Below the pieces are notes generated by a model. That model saw nothing but the letters and a program-made list of their open reading frames with translations, was not told where the DNA came from and ran no database searches. A DNA stretch of 63,727 bases, the filler included, from Reticulomyxa filosa (Eukaryota; Protista; Foraminifera): the NCBI GenBank assembly GCA_000512085.1. It is 17 parts of 17 records of this genome, joined end to end, with 100 filler letters (N's around TTAATTAATTAA, not from the genome) between each part and the next. Parts side by side here need not be neighbours in the genome. Positions count along the whole stretch, not along the records: positions 1 to 1,000 come from ASPP01049173.1; positions 1,101 to 2,317 come from ASPP01037790.1; positions 2,418 to 7,459 come from ASPP01023929.1; positions 7,560 to 23,124 come from ASPP01018799.1; 13 more parts are not named here. One strand, given 5' to 3'. How positions within the stretch are numbered: position 1 is the stretch's first letter; each line of letters opens with the position of its first letter. This document shows positions 1 through 11,856 of the stretch, piece by piece. The translations under genes and the position numbers were made by a program.

Positions 1-210
1 TCACTGCGGGGGATATGGTCTTCGTTACACTTGCCAAGCTTGCCGCCGCTCCGACCACCGCATATACCCGAGTGTCTGCAGTGCCGAGGCCATTTTTTTC
101 CAAACACTATGCACCATTTATATCAACAACAACAAACACTTGATAATAATATATGCAATATACATATATATATATATACATATATATATATATGTATATA
201 TATAATTGTC

Positions 211-241
<31 letters not shown>

Positions 242-959
242 CTAATTAAACTGATCGAACAATCTCTCCATAAAAACGACCTCCAAATGCTCCCAAAATA
301 TATGAAGGCCCAACCACACCGGCCGGAAATTGGAATGTTTGAAGAAGTGGCAGAAAGACCATCCAAATGATAGTGGCGCCTCCCAATTTCCAAATCAAAT
401 CCGAGTCCCCCCAGTCAGTGTACGAACACGGGACTTTGGTGTCTCCTCCACATGCCTCTAGATGCGTTTGTATGAACAAATCGGCCACTGCGCTTCGCGC
501 GGGCCCAAGTGCAAATTGTCCCACAAAGAACTGGAAAGTGGAAAACAATATGACCACGGCCACGGTAATCCCATATGGATTCGTGCCCAAGTATTTGGCC
601 TGATATTTGCGACGGAATAACACAAACCAAGCATTGCACTTTACGACGAACAAGCCGACCAAGCCGAACAAGAAGCCGAGCAGCAAGAACAGCGGCAGTT
701 CGCCGGACTTGTATGTTTCGTGGCCCTCTTTCGAAAACTTGGTGGCATTGTCGCCGATAAAGTGCTGGAACATCGAAACATGCGACACGCTGCGATACAA
801 CACTTTGATAAACGTCGACGCAGAAATGCCACAGCAAAACGCCGTCCAATAATTCGTCACGGGATAATACGTGCTGGTTACCTCTATTGAAAACAGTACT
901 CCTCCAATCGGCGCGCCAAACACTGCACCCAGTGCACCTGCGCACCCTGCGCCCAATAG
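1..959 (-). CDS. CLC chloride channel, internal fragment (exons 959-252 and 106-1)
   Basis: FGAPIGGVLFSIEVTSTYYPVTNYW, ELPLFLLLG, PAGVVGPSYILGAFGGRFYGE. After a phase-0 GT-AG intron (251-107) the frame continues YAVVGAAASLASVTKTISPAV. All are CLC helix motifs, closest in style to ClC-1/2. Confidence 0.95.
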
Positions 960-962
960 CTT

Positions 963-1000
<38 letters not shown>

Positions 1001-1100
1001 NNNNNNNNNNNNNNNNNNNNNNNNNNNNNNNNNNNNNNNNNNNNTTAATTAATTAANNNNNNNNNNNNNNNNNNNNNNNNNNNNNNNNNNNNNNNNNNNN
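1001..1100. other. Artificial contig linker N44-TTAATTAATTAA-N44 (first of 16)
   Basis: Identical 100-bp spacer with six-frame stops at 1001, 2318, 7460, 23125, 26072, 38072, 39732, 42570, 43695, 49485, 50880, 52292, 54037, 55703, 59866 and 62483. Confidence 0.99.
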
Positions 1101-2317
1101 ATCTCCAACTCTTGCTCCATCAACTTGCTCGGCTCTTGCTGCGTTGACTCCGTCAGTATCATGCTCTGTGCTAACAATTGCATGGTGATTTCCGTCGGCG
1201 GGGTCATCAACGTTTGCATGCTTACTGTCCTCTCCGGCTGGTTGCGCAAGTATGCAAACTGAATCTGCGGAGACTCAAACACTTGACGCGCTACGTCGCT
1301 GTTCTGGTACGACAGCATAAATGTCACTATCTGCGTATCTACAAAGCACTCCTCTTGCGGCACATCGTATAGTGACGACACGTGAAACCCAAGAGACTCT
1401 TTCGTCGTTTCAATCAGGACTAACACGTTTTGACGACTGACACGCTTTTTTTTTTTTTTTGAATGACGTTAAAAAAAAATACATCTTTATTTATTTATTT
1501 ATTCAAAACTTTGTCGTAAAGGGTGAACAATTGGTAACCCTCATCACGCGTATTGAAAAGCGTTTGGGAATCACCGATATGACATTTGGGTGACAACCAC
1601 ACCCAAAGTTGCAAAAAGTCAGCCTTGTTTTTCAGAATGGCCGACTGCTTCGGCCAGTCTGGATTCCACGACGGCCATCTCCTTGCCACTTCCATGTCTT
1701 CTATGTCCAATCGATCGAATTTGTCGCTACTTAAATACGGCTCAAACGCAAGCCTCGCTAGTGTCATCGGGTCCAACTTTTGCGATTCTATCATCAATTC
1801 CTCGCGAAATTCGTTGAAATTGCTTTTCGTTATTATTGTTATTATTATTTTCGATATGTATAAACATATTACATATCTTATGTAATAAGACATAATGTGT
1901 ATGCTTGTGTACAAGTTGTAAGTTTGTGTACGTATACATAAACAACACGCAAAATTATACATGTACATATAAATACCTCGTCTTCAACAGGGCCTCGGCG
2001 GCGTTGTTCAACAAAGTCAAGCCAACTCGAAACAGTATCTTGTATCTCTCGACGCAGAAAGTATCGACGAGACTAAGCAATGATTCTTTATTCAAATAAT
2101 TTGCGTACATTGTTGCAAACCCATCGGCTAATATTTTTTCAATGTGAATGCCGTTTTCACTGATATGCTTTGCTATTCTTTTTATATATAATATAAATGA
2201 TCAAGAGCTGGATACATACTTCAACTTTTTTTAAAAAAAAAATTTGAAATTTAAAACCTTTAAAAAAAAAATTACATACGATTTCACATTGTCTGCAAAA
2301 ATATCGATAAAAGTTCT
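1101..2317 (-). CDS. TBC (Rab-GAP) + TLDc protein, TBC1D24/Skywalker-like, partial multi-exon
   Basis: Exon ~2180-1977 reads LVDTFCVERYKILFRVGLTLL (TBC C-terminal helices). The next exons read SAIL..FLQLWVWLSPK..LFNTRDEGYQLFTLY and VLVLIETTKESLGFHVS (TLDc N-terminal motifs). Confidence 0.8.
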
Positions 2318-4306
2318 NNNNNNNNNNNNNNNNNNNNNNNNNNNNNNNNNNNNNNNNNNNNTTAATTAATTAANNNNNNNNNNNNNNNNNNNNNNNNNNN
2401 NNNNNNNNNNNNNNNNNAAACAAGAAATTCTCTACGTCAGCACTTAAACAACATGTAGCATTAGTCTCAAAAAAGCTTAAATTTTGCATGACTATGTTGA
2501 GTCAAGTGAAAGAGTGAGATATCATTTGCAAATGCAATCCCATGTTTAGAAAATTACTTTTTATTTTATAGATAGCTAAGTTTTTACAGTAGCATAAAAA
2601 GAATTAGCAAATTTGATGAATATGAGAAAAATACGACTGTCAACTCTTTTCAAAATTTCAAAAACAAATGAATTTTTTTCGAAAATTTGAATTTTTGATT
2701 ACGTGTTGTCCTCATGGAGAAAATCAATTATCTTTATGTTTTTTATGTCAGCTCTCTTTTTTATGCTAGTGTATGTCCTATTTACTCGCACTTCTAAACT
2801 GAAGACTGGTCATATTAACTAAATAGAAGGCCAAAACGTAAGTTCTTCTGCCTTTGCAACTGTTACAAACGCAACTTAGAAGCTTAGACAGTTCTTTATT
2901 GTAAGTCGGTCATATCAATTTCATATAAAAAACTCATCAAAATTTGACATAAGCACCATAATAATTTGAAGAAAAATTGAACTATGAAATTATCGATATT
3001 CTACATTTTTAGAAAATTTTATAAAAGTATCTGCAAATCAAACGTTCAAATGTATTTTTTTCTACAATTTTTTGCAAATTATGAGTATTTTGTTATCTTC
3101 CGTATCACTATAATTTTACTTTATTAATTTCTTAGTTTTATTTATTAGAATTTTTAAGATGTTAATTTTTTTCATGTTATTAGACAGTATGAACTTGACT
3201 TTATTCAAAATTTACAAAATTACCAAAAGACGCACATTTTTGAAACAATTAGAAAAGAAGAAATAAAAGCAAATATATTTAAAAACTATATAATTTGCAG
3301 ATTTTTTAGGAAATGTTGTTTCTTCATTTAGAACATCAGTATCTCCAAGTTGTCATCTTAAATCAATCTTTTTTGCATTACACTATATTTCTGCTGTTAT
3401 ATACCATAAACATTGTTTAACAATAGATGTAACTATTAATTGTTTGCAATCATGGCAACTAAACGAAATCTTATGTGGGATAAGTGCATTATTAATAAAT
3501 CAGCTTTATATATGTCTGTAAAATTGTTTTAGAAAATTACGATGAACCCAACAAAAACAAATGTTCAAAAAAATTGAAAAATGTCTGTTAAAAAAACATG
3601 GTACACTTAAAATAATACAAGTTTTACTAATTTAACAGCAAAAAAAACTTGCAAGATATGAAGCTATTTAAAAAATATAATTTAAATGAATTAAACTAGT
3701 TATCTGAATGAAATGATAAAAACACAAATTTATAAAACCAATTTACATTGCAAATGTGCAACAGACTGCATTTAGAAAAAATTGCTATGCTAAAATTAAA
3801 CAAACAAGCACAAGAGATTATGGGCGAGAATAAATCTCTGTTTCACATTCACAAAAATGACGTCATATGTTTGGACAAAGGTCACGTGGCTGACATTATT
3901 CGCCAGTGGAGCCTTCCCTTATTGGAATATGGAGCCATTAACCAAATTCGAAATAACGTTTTGGATCTAAGCACTATTGAAAATGAAATTTTTTATCGAT
4001 TTATCAAAACCGTCAATTCTATTTTAAAACTATTCACTAATTCTGAAGAATTCAGATTAGTTGTTTTACAAAAACTTTGAAAACGTCCAAAAATTTTTAA
4101 CAATAAATTACTTTTAAATGAATAGCTGGTGGTGTAAAAAAAGTATTGCTCTGTTCAAAAATAATATCACTTTGTCAAAGATGTGTTCTATTTAAGTTGT
4201 TTTGAATTTTTAATAGTTATCTGTATCTTGAAAAAAAAATTTTTCAGTTTAATAATAATGTATGCAATGAATATTTTAATTTAACGGCAAACCAAGTCTA
4301 TCAGAT

Positions 4307-6240
4307 CTATTTTTTTTGTAAATTTTTATGGAAAAACTGAATGAGCCCTCTTTTGCCGTTATGTCTCCAATGTTCGTCTGTTTTGTCCAATTGAACAGCC
4401 GTTTCTTCAGGTACTCCAATGACAGCATCCTAACCAATTCATTAAAACAAATTTTTTGGAGTGTACAAGTAAAGAGATGGATAATAAACATAGCAAGACA
4501 AACCGATTTCATTGTCCTCAATAAGACAAAGCTGGTAGGAAAATAATCGACAACATCTTTTAAAGGAGTAGATGGCTTCCATTTTCGGCACGAAACAACC
4601 TTAATTAGCATTTGATGATAAGATAGTTTTTGAAGGAGAAAAATGAATAGATATATACACATATATATGTTATATAAGATGATGATAAAAGCAAACTCTT
4701 CGATAGTTGGCATCGCCTTTAATAAAGGTCAAAGCATCCTTTTGAAAGAGTTGATAGCAGAGAAGGCCAGTTTCGCAAGTAGTCATTTGATTGAACATGA
4801 GCGCAGTGTTCCAGAAATGTGACTCGACAACCTCAATCAAATGAGCACTCAAATAATGGCTAATTCGGTCATAAAACTCTTTCAGCTCCGAATGGCGGGA
4901 GGTTTGAATAAACAAATGACCGACATGAAGATCTACATCTTCCCTTGTCACATCTGAAACATAGGTTGGATACAACTTCACATGCAAGTATATCTGTTAT
5001 TATTATTATTATTATTAATTTTCATTTTTTTTTTTGAAAAAAAAATAAAAGATTGAAATACACCAAACTTTGTCACAAAAACGGTGAAACAATAAAAAGT
5101 CAGCCAACAACAAATCATGCAAAAACTCTGCGCCACTGTTGTCACAAATGAAGCTGATCGAAGTCAATTGTTTCGATTCCGAATCCAAATTGCACTTCAT
5201 TGTGTTCGAACGCAGTTCCATCAGGTATTTGCACACTTCCACTCGATCATCGACAATTACCAAGTTTTCTTGACTTTTGACTTCAGAATCCATTTTCGCA
5301 TCCTTTTTTTTTTTCCGTTGTTATTATCATTATTTGTTGTAATTGTCTTTGCACATGTACGTACACAAACATAATACAATGTACAGATACACCATATGCA
5401 TATGAATGTATACATACGCACAGGTTTGAAATTCAAATCAACCGTGTTTGCCCATAAATCGGCAAACAAAAGTAACGCCAATTGCTGATGCAACTCTTTG
5501 TCATCGACTTTGGAATTGAACAACTGCTTCACTTGTTTGCTGTAGTGTCCCCACAGCGTGTCGTCCATTATTTCGCGCAGCTTTTGACGGCCAAAGGGAT
5601 CCACTTTGTATGTGCTTTTGTTCTTTGCATTGAAATACTCACTGTGCTCCAAAATTATTCGGAACAAATATGATTCGATCCAATAAAATGGCACGTTGCA
5701 CCATGTTTGCTTTTGACAAAACTGTTCGTATTCTTGCCACCAATATCTTATATATTTTTTGCACGTATTATACACGGATATACATATATGTATATGGTCT
5801 GTATTTGCTGCACATGCTTTAACATTATTTGAAATGCACGAAATAAACATTTAAACTTTAACTTTTTTTTTTTTTTAGTACTTACCGCTGGAAATTGTCG
5901 ATGTTTAGAGATGTGCCAAGTGGAACGCAGATCAATTTGTTCTGTTCCATTTCTTTTGCTAGTGTTTCCAATCGATTGCAGATTGTTGCAGAAAATCGGT
6001 CCTTGTTGTGAGATATTACTGCTCGAACCATTTCTATTTCAAATGATTTTTTTGTCCACTTTTTTCTTTTGCTACGACTTTTTTTTTTCTCGTTTGTTTG
6101 AAACAGTTGGAATGATAACTCGGTAGACGAACTCGCATGGTCTCTTGGGCAAAGGAACCTTCGTCACCACAAGACCACATGGGTGGAATAATATCTTTTG
6201 CATTCTCATTCTGCTTGGTTGTGTCGCTCATATCGTTCAT
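4307..6240 (-). CDS. ARMT1: Damage-control phosphatase ARMT1/DUF89 family, multi-exon
   Basis: Ordered motifs SFAQETMRVRLP, PFYWIESYLFR, DPFGRQK, LWANTVDL, CDNSGAEFLHDLLLADFL, HVKLYPTYVSDVT, KGDANYRR, LRTMKS|DAVIG..WRHNGKRGLIQF. ATG at 6240, TAG at 4309-4307. Confidence 0.92.
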
Positions 6241-6957
6241 ATTTTTGTCCCCTTGACAACGTGTGACGTGCTCAACAACACAGAATAGCAAACAAGTTCG
6301 CTGGATTACTTCTTAAAGACATATGCAAGATTGGATTTCAAAAGCAAAATCAATAGCAAATTGCAAGCTCACCGTCAGTGAAATGAAAACATTGAGTAAC
6401 TAAAAAATGTATTGGGTTTGTGTCAAGCAAAACCTGTATTTTCGTTTAATAAATTCCATCGTATTGAGTACCAAACTTTGAAATTAAAAAAAGAAAATTC
6501 ACTCAAATAACGTTTGCCACGTTTAATGTGTGCTCTTTCAAGTTTTGACTCTGAGAAAAAAAGGTCTTCTCTCATCAAACCCAAAAAACGAAGAAACAAC
6601 ATAAACAAATGAATAAAAGGAAAGAAAAGGCTTATGAGCCGGAGAGTAATAATCAACAACAGACATCCCATCCATCCAAGGATGTTTCCATTAAAAAAAA
6701 AACACCATTTTTCGACTAGGTCGGTCCACCAAAAAAAAAGAAAAGGATTTGGTTTTTCAACTTTTTATTGGCATTCGTTCATTAACACAAACAATTAAAA
6801 AAAAAAAATGGATAGAAACACTCAAACAAAAGGAATGTGGACATTGTTGAATAAATTGTTCAAGTTTGTATAAAGTTTGTTTTTAAACGGGAAAAAAGGG
6901 AGAGGGGATTGATATTAAAAATGCTTCATTTTAATACTTATAAAGTATGTAAATGAA

Positions 6958-7426
6958 TTATTTTTTGGAATTATCTATGGCCTTCTTGATTTGTTCGGGT
7001 GTTAAGACAAAGAGTCGAATGTTCAAAGTCTCGCAAATTTCATTGATGACTCTAGACACGTAGACAAACCAACAAGTGGCGACATAAGCCAATAGTCCAT
7101 AGACAACCAAAGGCGAGTTCATGGAAATATTGAAAAAGAGGCGAACACCCCAAAAGCCTTCGATGGCGCTGAACAGTGCCACAAACGGCAACAGCAATAG
7201 CAAATTATGATACATTTTAGTTTTCATCCGAGTTACATCCGCGACAATCAATCGATGGATCAGTCCACTGAACACAAAGTTCTCAATCCAAATGAACACA
7301 CGTGGATGTGATGAAAACACTCCGACCAAATTCCAACATGTGAATGACAACACAAACAAGGTCATGTGGAGTAGTTCATACACACTGCCGGGATCTTCTT
7401 TACCGTCTTTCTTTTTATATAATTTT
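6958..7426 (-). CDS. Choline/ethanolamine phosphotransferase (CEPT/EPT/AAPT family), last exon
   Basis: Hydrophobic helices with LIHRLIVADVT and C-terminal VINEICETLNIRLFVL, typical of the family C-terminus. The catalytic motif is not in the window. Confidence 0.7.
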
Positions 7427-7578
7427 CTATACTCAAAATAAAAAAAGGGGGGGGGGGGGNNNNNNNNNNNNNNNNNNNNNNNNNNNNNNNNNNNNNNNNN
7501 NNNTTAATTAATTAANNNNNNNNNNNNNNNNNNNNNNNNNNNNNNNNNNNNNNNNNNNNAAAAAAAAAAAAAAAAAAG

Positions 7579-10500
7579 CAAGTGGAAAGTGCTCCCAAAT
7601 GCCTGTCTGCTTGTGTTTGGTCTCCAAGTATAAATTTTTGTCACTGTTGGACCAAATGATGGATTACGTATTGACAAGATGGCTGTGCTGTCCCGAGGCG
7701 ATGTTTCCATTCCTCGATAGCATCCTGAGCCATCCCACCCCTTCGCTGGGCGATTTGATTCACGTCCACGTGAAGTCACAAACCCCAAATGTGCCCGATG
7801 ACACGGTGACTTTATGGCTGCAGGACACGTTCCACGTTTCGTTGCGTCGATTGTTTATGACGTTGTCTATTGATGTCATTATCGTGGTCATATCCTGCAT
7901 TCTCAGTGAAAAAAGGTTACTTTTTTTTTTTTTTTTTTTGAAGTGAGAAAAGGGAGGGTGTTTTTTTTTGCATGGACCCTACATGTTATACATACATGCG
8001 CATTGCAATAAGAATGGAAATGATTCTTTGATTGGACGGGGCGGGGAAAAACAATAGAATAGTATTTGCAAGCGACTCATTGCAAAAATTGAGCAGCTGT
8101 ATCCACGGATTTATGTCGGTGATATACCCTTTCCGTTGGCCACATGTGTTTATTCCGATATTACCCGAAAAGTTGCTGAACTATTTAGGAATGGCGTCCC
8201 CGTTCATTGTCGGTATCAAGCTGTATTTGGCACAATACCTAACGCGCTTTTCGATGAACGACATGGTGTTGGTAGACCTGGATCACAACACGATCAAGTC
8301 CAGCTACCGCGAACTGACGAAATTGCCGTACGAGCCCACGCGGAAGTTGAAGCGCGAGTTGACACGACTGTTCAAAAAGTCGAAGGAGCTGTTGTCGATA
8401 GACACAAAGAACATTGACTCCAAAGAAAACGCGGCCATGTCCGCCTTTGCTGCGGCCACAAGCTCGACGTCCACCCTTAAAGTCAAAAAATTGAAAATTT
8501 TTGACAACATTCAAGGTTTTTTTTTTTTTTTTTTTTACTTATTTATATGAATTAATTCATTTTATTAATAAAATGAATAGCTTGTAAGTAATACAAATTC
8601 AAATAATAATAATAATAATAATAATAAAACAACTACTTTTGTAATACTCTTATTAATTGAATGAACAATTGGGAAAAACACTAGACATTGCCAGAGGGTG
8701 GGACGGGGATGCGTACTTGGATGCTTTTTTGGCCTACTTTGTTGTGCTGATCGGCGATTGGAAGCACTTTTATCACGCCCACTCGCCGACGGTGCCGATC
8801 CCACCTTTTCACTTGGCGATTGAGGACGTGCAGCAAAAACTGGTCGCGCAAATGATAAGGACGGGCCATCCATTGGCGAATACGTGGAAGGAGGCGGAAA
8901 TGACGCCACTAGTGCTGAATGAACGTGAAGATGACAACGACGACGACGACGACGGCGATGGCAATGATAACAAAGGACACGGGTTGATGACGGTGGCAAC
9001 GAGTGGCAATGACAGTCCTCGCAGCACCCAAGGCCCAGATGGCCTTGTCGATTCCATGGGACGTCGGAGGTCTCTAAGTCACAGTATGAGCGCGAGCTAC
9101 GGTAGTGCGATTTCCCTCAATTTGGATGGCCCTGATCATGCCAATCCAACTTCGTCTTCGCCGTCGTCGTCGCCTCTGATGTCTCCATCCCCGGCCCCGT
9201 CCAACAAATCCCCTTCGCTGGGCAACAAATACATGGGCGGGCTGAAGGCGTGGGGAGGGAAGCTGTATAAAGCTGCCGCCACCACTGTTGCTTCCATGAG
9301 TGGAAGTGGAAACGCAAATGCCAATGAAGATGAGAATAAAAATAATAATAACAACAATAACAATACCAATACCAATAACAATAACAACAATACTAATGAC
9401 AATGACAATGGCAATGGCAATGGCAATGGCAATGGCAATGGTGACAGAAACAGAAATGGCAGTGGTATTGGCAATGGCAATGGCAATGGTAATGACAATG
9501 ATCACGACAATGAGAGCAAGTACGATGTTTTTAATGAGATGGTCGAGAGCGGCCGTAAGCAGAGCGCTCAACATGACTCCAACGAAAATGTAGATCGAGA
9601 CAAAGACCGTTGGATCGACCAATCCACGAAAACGACCAACAAGCAAGAACCGCGAATCACATACGACGAAGAAGCACTGAAGTATCTCACTATCTTTTGT
9701 CAAACGCAGCTTTTCCAAAACTGGTTTGTCCAGCAACAACAGCACGATTTGCATCCCAATGTCAAGCTGCAAACCATGCAAGTAACTTGTGTTTGTTTAT
9801 TTAATAACATTGATATATGTACATATACATATATATATATATATATATATGTATATGTATTCTTTAAAAGGAACGCTTTGACTATGCCATCAAAAATCGT
9901 TCGCAGTTTGGTGGCTTTTCATACTCGGGTTGCTTCAAATTTCTCAGAGCAGCGGCAGCGAGACGTGAAAAGAGAATGAATTTGACGTCCAATTTGAAGG
10001 GCCACGTGGATGATATCACGGCACTGACATCCAACAAAGAATTGGAAGTCTTTGTGAAACAAAAAGAAAAGCTTGCCAAACGACTGGCCATGGAAGGCCA
10101 TCATCCTCGTCTCTTCCATGCATTTTCCAATGTGTTGGATTATCGGTTAAAAGACACTGTTGGCAAAAACCATCCCCATGGATTGATGGCCCTGTTTTTG
10201 CTACGAACGTTTTTGGAAAAGTCGAGCGATCGCTTCGTCGTCGCTGCCACCAATTATTTTTTCCCAAGCATCGTGGAACTCACCAAATATAAAAACTCAA
10301 ACGAACGTGTCCAATCTGAGTTCATATTAAACAGTCCTTTTTTTTTTTAAAAAAAAAAAAAGGTTTGTGGATAGAGATACACACATACATATACACCAGT
10401 ATGCGAGACCAAGCGACGAAGTTGTATCAGCTGATTACTTCCAGCGACCAGTTAAGAAAGGCTAGAATTGGACTGTATGGGGCATTCAAGGAGTTGCACA

Positions 10501-10771
10501 ACTATCAGTTCAAAGAGGAGGACCACTTGGAATTCATTAAGAAATTGAATCTTGTCGAAGAAAAAATTACCAGTGTGGACTTTACTCAGCACGAACTCGA
10601 TTTGACTGATGAAAGCGATCAGCATGCCATTACTGCCTTCTTACGATTGCATTTAGATTTCAATTACGAAGGCAACGTTGTCTTTAGTCAGGTTAACTTG
10701 GTCTCATTGTGTAAATCAACACTTAATTTTGGGGCTTCATCTTGTGTTTGCTTACGTTTGTTTATTAATTG

Positions 10772-10802
<31 letters not shown>

Positions 10803-11271
10803 AGACGTCACAATTTGATGCGAAAAATCCTAATCCATATCGTGGCAAAATGGCGGCAGGAGAAGTCAAACTTATCCCTCCTTTTTGTCATTTGCGCAGC
10901 CAATTTCGACCTCCAGACTCGTGTCTCGCTTCAAGATTTCAGGACGATGATGAGGACGAAATTGAGTATGAACCGACACCGAATCGTCCTGCTGACAATC
11001 AAAAGACAACCGATCCCAAAGAAAGTATACCCGATTATAACTTGCAATCACTCAAACAAATCGCAATTGATAATCAACGACTTAGTCGTTAAGACCAAAT
11101 CTTTACTTTCTGCTCCTCTTAATAAATAAATAAATAACATTCTATTCTGTTCTTGCTCTGTTCCTTTCTTGCACAGCTGCGAGTGACATTTCAGCTGCAC
11201 CGACTCCATTGAACGAGGATAACGGGCATCAAACTCCACCACTAACTCGGGTTGATAGTAGTGATCCTTGA
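7579..11271 (+). CDS. DENN-domain Rab GEF with C-terminal ENTH-like domain, 5' truncated, multi-exon
   Basis: CLCLVSKY, ILSEKR|IVFASDSLQKLSSCI..IYPFRWPHVFIPILPEKLLNYLGMASPFIVGI (cDENN), FCQTQLFQNWF (dDENN). ENTH-like segment ~10000-10470. The last exon ends at TGA 11269-11271 with compatible phases. Confidence 0.88.
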
Positions 11272-11856
11272 TCATTTTGATTGATTACTATAAGCAGCAC
11301 AACAGTTTTGTCCTCAAAGCCAAAACTGTTGTAATTTTCACTTATTATTTTTGTTGTCAAATATAAAAACACTTGAAAAGTTTTTTCAAAGGGTACATGT
11401 AAAACTGGAAGAGGGATGGGATGCAAAGAAATAGACTGTGTGACCGAAAAAAGTTGTATAGCACATTATCTCACAATTTTGATTTTTTTCCCAAAAGATT
11501 TCACTTGTAACAAAAACAAAGGAAAAGTTGTGTATGCACATCTCCCTTTTTTTTTGCTTCTGTTTGTGATTGTGTTTGAGCATTTTGTTTTTTACCAAAC
11601 TTTGGATCAAGAAGTTATGTAATGTCATTCAAACTTCTAATGTTATGTTGGGTCTATCTATTTTCGAGTCATGAGGATCTCATTAAATATTCTTTTTTGA
11701 TATTCACTATACTTTGTTTAATTTGTAAAAAAGTTTTGTTAAATTGTTGCTTCAACCAACAAAACTCCTAATCTACAAAGTCACGGTTTCTAACATTTTT
11801 CATAGTCGACAAGTTATTTTTTGAGTGAAAGAAAATTCAGTAGGAAAATTTGAAGA

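Noticed and set aside
3748-4080. 110-aa ORF in intergenic DNA
   Set aside because: No motif, no clear exon partners and AT-rich, so it cannot be supported as a gene.
9074-9781. Long antisense or alternative-frame ORFs (also 36696-37388, 47426-47866, 57850-58284, 58862-59812)
   Set aside because: Shadows of low-complexity trinucleotide and hexanucleotide repeats in real exons.
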